A model generated the notes under the pieces. It was not told the DNA's origin and ran no database searches. It was given only the letters and a program-made list of their open reading frames with translations. From NCBI GenBank assembly GCA_034722055.1, contig JAYENL010000135.1, positions 7,399-36,590 of the forward strand: a DNA stretch of 29,192 nt, written 5' to 3'. Shown in pieces: positions 25,931-29,192 of the stretch. Position numbers and translations under genes: made by a program. Every line of letters starts with the position of its first letter. Position 1 is the stretch's first letter. This stretch comes from Armatimonadota bacterium. Its GTDB lineage: Bacteria; Armatimonadota; Zipacnadia; Zipacnadales; UBA5352.

Positions 25931-26755
25931 CTATTGTGGGGCGGGGGCCTGTCCCGCATCTGCTGGGAGTAGCAGGCGCTCGCAGCCACGCACCAGAGCG
26001 GCGTCGGAGGCGACGGCCGCCCCGGCGCGGCCCATCAGCTCCTGGGCGCGTCCGGACGGGATGTCCATGACGCGGCCGATCTGCTCGTAGGTCAGCTCCT
26101 CCTGGAAGTACAGGGAGAGCGTGAGCTGCTGCTCGGAGGGGAGGGCGCCGACGGTCTCGGCGGTCGCTGTGGTGGCGGACGCGTGGGGAGCGTGGGCGCG
26201 CTCCGAGAGCAGGGCTCGGGGGTCAACCGCGAAGACGATCGCCAGCTCCTGGAAGCGGTCAACCAGGTCATCGAGCCCCACATGGAGGCGGCTCGAGAGC
26301 AGGTGATCGGACGGCTCCCTGCCGGCGAGGAGAGCGCCACGCCAGGTCTCAAGCAGAGGTCGGACATGGGTCATGACCGCCTGGCGGTACCACTCCGTGC
26401 CCGCCAGCACGTGGCACAGCCTGTCCTCGATGGCGAGAGCCGCGGCCGCGGGGAGGTCCTCCGCCGTCTCCAGGCTCTCCGCCACATCTCGCAGCGCCAT
26501 CCAGCACTCGCTGCGTAGCAGGCTGCGGTCGATGCCCTCCGGCCACTGCGCTGCCAGGCGGCTGAGGAGACGCTCCACCAGCCACCCGTGTCGCGCCGCC
26601 AGCCGCTCGGCGGTCGTCGGTGCGTCTCCCGGGGATGCAAGCTCCTCCGGAGACGCTTCCGCCTCTCTTCCCGCGGCCACAGCCTCGCCCGCAGAGTGAA
26701 GCTGGAGTCGCGGCGTGGCCGTGTCGCGAGGCTCGGCGCTGCTGTGCTCAAGCAT
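25931..26755 (-). CDS. Divergent FliA/WhiG (sigma-28)-like sigma factor
   Basis: Region 4 LPSEQQLTLSLYFQEELTYEQIGRVMDIPSGRAQEL; region-2-like HGWLVERLLSRLAAQWPEGIDRSLL...EWYRQAV; start set at ATG 26755, downstream of a sigma-28-type promoter. Confidence 0.75.
   Translation of the reverse strand: MLEHSSAEPRDTATPRLQLHSAGEAVAAGREAEASPEELASPGDAPTTAERLAARHGWLVERLLSRLAAQWPEGIDRSLLRSECWMALRDVAESLETAEDLPAAAALAIEDRLCHVLAGTEWYRQAVMTHVRPLLETWRGALLAGREPSDHLLSSRLHVGLDDLVDRFQELAIVFAVDPRALLSERAHAPHASATTATAETVGALPSEQQLTLSLYFQEELTYEQIGRVMDIPSGRAQELMGRAGAAVASDAALVRGCERLLLPADAGQAPAPQ
26647..26691. repeat. Single degenerate family A unit inside the sigma-like CDS
   Basis: CCGGAGACGCTTCCGCCTCTCTTCCCGCGGCCACAGCCTCGCCCG. 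Confidence 0.75.
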
Positions 26756-26802
26756 GACTCTTGCCCTGAGGTCAGTTAGTGGACATGTCCGTGCTAGCAA
26801 TA

Positions 26803-26829
26803 GTATCGGCAATCGCGGCGGAATCTTGA
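26803..26829 (-). promoter_or_regulatory. Sigma-28 (FliA/WhiG)-type promoter
   Basis: Minus strand TCAAG-N14-GCCGATAC, about 48 nt upstream of ATG 26755. Confidence 0.65.
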
Positions 26830-26935
26830 GCCGTTGCGCGCAGTGCGGTGCATGAATCGCGGGTGAGCCAGCGAAATGCCTCCCCACCGCCAATCTACCG
26901 GAACTCGAAGAGGGTCCGGCCGCAAGGGGATACCC

Positions 26936-27528
26936 ATGACGCCGCGCGAAAGGTTTCTTGCCGCGCTGCACCGCCAGCCGACCGATGTGCCGGCCGTGGG
27001 GAATGCGGTCTCGATCGCCACGGTCTCGCTGATGGAGGCGACCGGCTGCTTCTTCCCGGCGGCGCATGTGGATCCGCAGGTCATGGCGGGACTCGCGGCC
27101 GCCGGCCATGGGGTGCTGGGCTACGACACTATCGCGCCGGTGTTCTCGAGGAGACCTTCGGTCTCAATGAGGCCGACGCGCTGGGCTGCGAGGTGGACTG
27201 GGGCGGGCCGGAGCTGATGCCGGAGGCCACCGTGCACCCCTGCCGCACCGCCGGGGACATCCACCTGCCTGCGGACATCCTGCGGCACCCCGCCATCGTG
27301 GTGGTGCTGGACGCGCTCAGGCTGTTGCGGCGGCGCTATCCCGATGTGGCGCTGGTGGGGAACGTCAGCAACCCGGAGACGCTGCTGCAGGGAACGCCGG
27401 CGGATGTAGGCCGGGAGGTGGGGGAGTGCCTCAGGTGCGAGATAGAGGTCGTCGCCCCGGAGTGCGCGGTGCCACTGACCAGCCCCACTGCGAACCTGCG
27501 GGCCGTCGCCGAGGCCGCTCGGGCGTGA
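26936..27528 (+). pseudogene. MtaA/CmuA-family methylcobamide:CoM methyltransferase-like gene with a frameshift and an internal deletion
   Basis: MTPRERFLAAL...SIATVSLMEATG...GYDTIAPVFS, frameshift at ~27149-27165, then EADALGCEVDWG...RRRYPDVA joined directly to LVGNVSNPETLL...VAPECAVPLTSPTANLRA; much shorter than a typical ~340-aa family member. Confidence 0.8.
27150..27168. repeat. Family B mini-hairpin at the pseudogene frameshift
   Basis: GGAGACCTTCGGTCTCAAT, identical to 2485-2503. Confidence 0.85.
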
Positions 27529-27625
27529 GGTGACGAAGTGCCGATCACTCGTGCCGGAGGCCCTGCTCAGGCTCTGGCGGAGGAGGGCGCGGAGCCGTGC
27601 CGCGCCGGCCGTTTGCTGTGACGCA

Positions 27626-27663
27626 GTACGGAGGGGTGGGCTGCCTAGCCCGCCGTCGTTGCT
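27626..27663. repeat. Family C left-end REP-like unit
   Basis: GTACGGAGGGGTGGGCTGCCTAGCCCGCCGTCGTTGCT, highly similar to 6821-6858. Confidence 0.75.
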
Positions 27664-27773
27664 ACGCGTGGCGGTTGACGGGTACAGGGATTGGACACGC
27701 TTGACACGGCGCGGTCTGCAGGACTCGCGCCTGGCCACCTCGCGGCGCGTGAGCATCCGAATGCTTGTGGGGT

Positions 27774-27944
27774 CTACGGCGCCGACCGCGGGGGCCAGCT
27801 TGTGTTGGTGTCATTGACGGAGCTGTCCGTGGTCCTGCCCAGTGCCTGCCAGGCCACGATGCCACTGACCGCCACCAGCAGCAGGAGGAGTGCATATTCC
27901 ACCGTCGTGAGTGCTGTCTCGTCCGTCCACAGTTCCTGGAGCAT
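27774..27944 (-). CDS. Flp family type IVb pilin
   Basis: MLQELWTDETA/LTTVEYALLLLLVAVSGIVAWQALG; 56 aa with the EY motif. Confidence 0.85.
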   Translation of the reverse strand: MLQELWTDETALTTVEYALLLLLVAVSGIVAWQALGRTTDSSVNDTNTSWPPRSAP

Positions 27945-28405
27945 GGCCTCCGTCACCTTTCTCCCCTTGCGCCCGCCAATGCCCCCCCGCGCCGTAATCA
28001 AACGCTTTCCAAACGCGTCCAGCCCACTCCGCGTGGCGACTGTGAGCTCCAGCTTCGCTCAAGATGATAGCAGAAAGAGGGACTAACTACAAGGATTCTG
28101 CCGATTTTTCCGTCTGTCACTCCTCTGAATGCGGAGGAGCTCGGTGCCAGAATGCCCGCTATAGCCCGCTCAGGCAGGTGTGCGCGCGATTTCGCAGCGT
28201 CTGAGGGACACCGGTATCTCTGCGTCAGGCTCCTCAAGGATGTCTCAGGGAGCGACGCGTGTGGGTCGCGTTAGGGAAGGCTGCTCTTCACGGCCACCAC
28301 AAGCAGCGGCGCCGCGATGGCATGCCCCCACTCGCTTTGCCAGCGCCTTGTCATTACGGTGTCTGAAAGGCAGGGGCCTGCCGGCTGGCCATTGTGGTGT
28401 GCAGC

Positions 28406-28435
28406 TTGACGCGGTGGCGGCGTCGTGCGTACAAT
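28406..28435 (+). promoter_or_regulatory. Sigma-70 promoter
   Basis: TTGACG-N18-TACAAT about 95 nt upstream of ATG 28532. Confidence 0.55.
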
Positions 28436-28531
28436 CGAGAGGTTTCGTATCTCCGAGATGCGCCGCTGCGGCTGACTGGAGGCCGCTGCGACACCGCTCG
28501 CATCGACCATGAGCCAAAGGGGAACACCCCG

Positions 28532-29008
28532 ATGCAGACAAGCAGACGTCGCATCATCGCCATCAGCGCTGTCGTCTCGCTGACCATGATCGCCCTCCTG
28601 GTCACCTCCGCCGCCGCCCAGAGGTTCCAGTCGCGGACCTCCGGCGCGGCCGTGTCGTTCTCCTACAGCGGGGATGAGGATGGCTGGCGGTTGGAGCTGG
28701 GCAGCGACGGGACGGTCTATGACGTCGGCTGGTTCAATGGCGAGAGTGGCGCGGACATATACTGCCTGGAGGTCGGCCTCAGCGCCAGCGAAACGATGAG
28801 TGACTACGAGGGGGTCCCGTTCGCGCTGGGTGTGGGCGCCTACCGCCTCGATCCCGGTGATCCGGAGCTGGATGAGGAGGATGACGTCGCCATCTGGGCC
28901 GGCGCCGGCGACTTCACTCACGCTCGGAAGGGGCTCTTCTATCAGTACCGCTACATCTTCAGCGGACCCCTCTCGGGCAGCCAGGGCGTCGTCGGCTGGG
29001 CGTTCTGA
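28532..29008 (+). CDS. Secreted hypothetical protein (acidic, beta-rich)
   Basis: Signal peptide MQTSRRRIIAISAVVSLTMIALLVTSAAA; RBS AAAGGGG. Confidence 0.75.
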   Translation: MQTSRRRIIAISAVVSLTMIALLVTSAAAQRFQSRTSGAAVSFSYSGDEDGWRLELGSDGTVYDVGWFNGESGADIYCLEVGLSASETMSDYEGVPFALGVGAYRLDPGDPELDEEDDVAIWAGAGDFTHARKGLFYQYRYIFSGPLSGSQGVVGWAF

Positions 29009-29192
29009 GGACGCCCCGTCCGGACCCGCAGCGCTGGCGCCTCCGCCGATCCGTGGGGCAGGCATTCCTCCTACATTATGCGCTTGTTGGTGTGAGGGAG
29101 TTTGTATGCGGCTTTGGCTCAGCATCGGAAAAAACATAGGCGATGAGTGGCCTGATGGCTCCCCAGCAGGGCCGCAGCCCCACCCGAATGCC

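Noticed and set aside
27945..28400. c-di-GMP riboswitch upstream of the Flp pilin; sigma-28 promoter at ~28083-28108
   Set aside because: No GEMM core in the correct arrangement; GCCGATTT lacks a correctly spaced -35

Overview
High-GC bacterial chromosomal window. The gene mix (secreted DUF4091/DUF6259/CBM4-like glycan enzymes, URO-D-like proteins, copper-amine-oxidase N-domain protein, Flp pilin) suggests an Armatimonadota-like anaerobe; this is inference only. Recognisable genes include hisD, an XRE regulator, a membrane-anchored or exported ferredoxin, a stand-alone Clp N-domain protein, a rhodanese lipoprotein, a YtfJ/GerW-family gene, a formyltransferase, a GT-C-like membrane protein and a divergent FliA/WhiG-like sigma factor. 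Two pseudogenes (CreD-like, MtaA/CmuA-like) carry internal deletions. Notable signals: (1) an orphan excisionase-like HTH plus replication-initiator cassette whose rep gene contains four 24-bp iteron-like repeats and DnaA boxes, with no integrase, helicase loader or par genes in the window; (2) at least three families of dispersed short palindromic repeats, two with compensatory base changes. One is a GNA-triloop mini-hairpin (SAGAYC-GRA-GRTCTS) that abuts Shine-Dalgarno-like sequences, expands in a fixed 14-nt register and sits at a pseudogene frameshift. Another is a 42-bp unit inserted in frame into coding genes; (3) the degenerate sigma-28 paralogue is preceded by a sigma-28-type promoter. 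No rRNA, tRNA or CRISPR array was seen.
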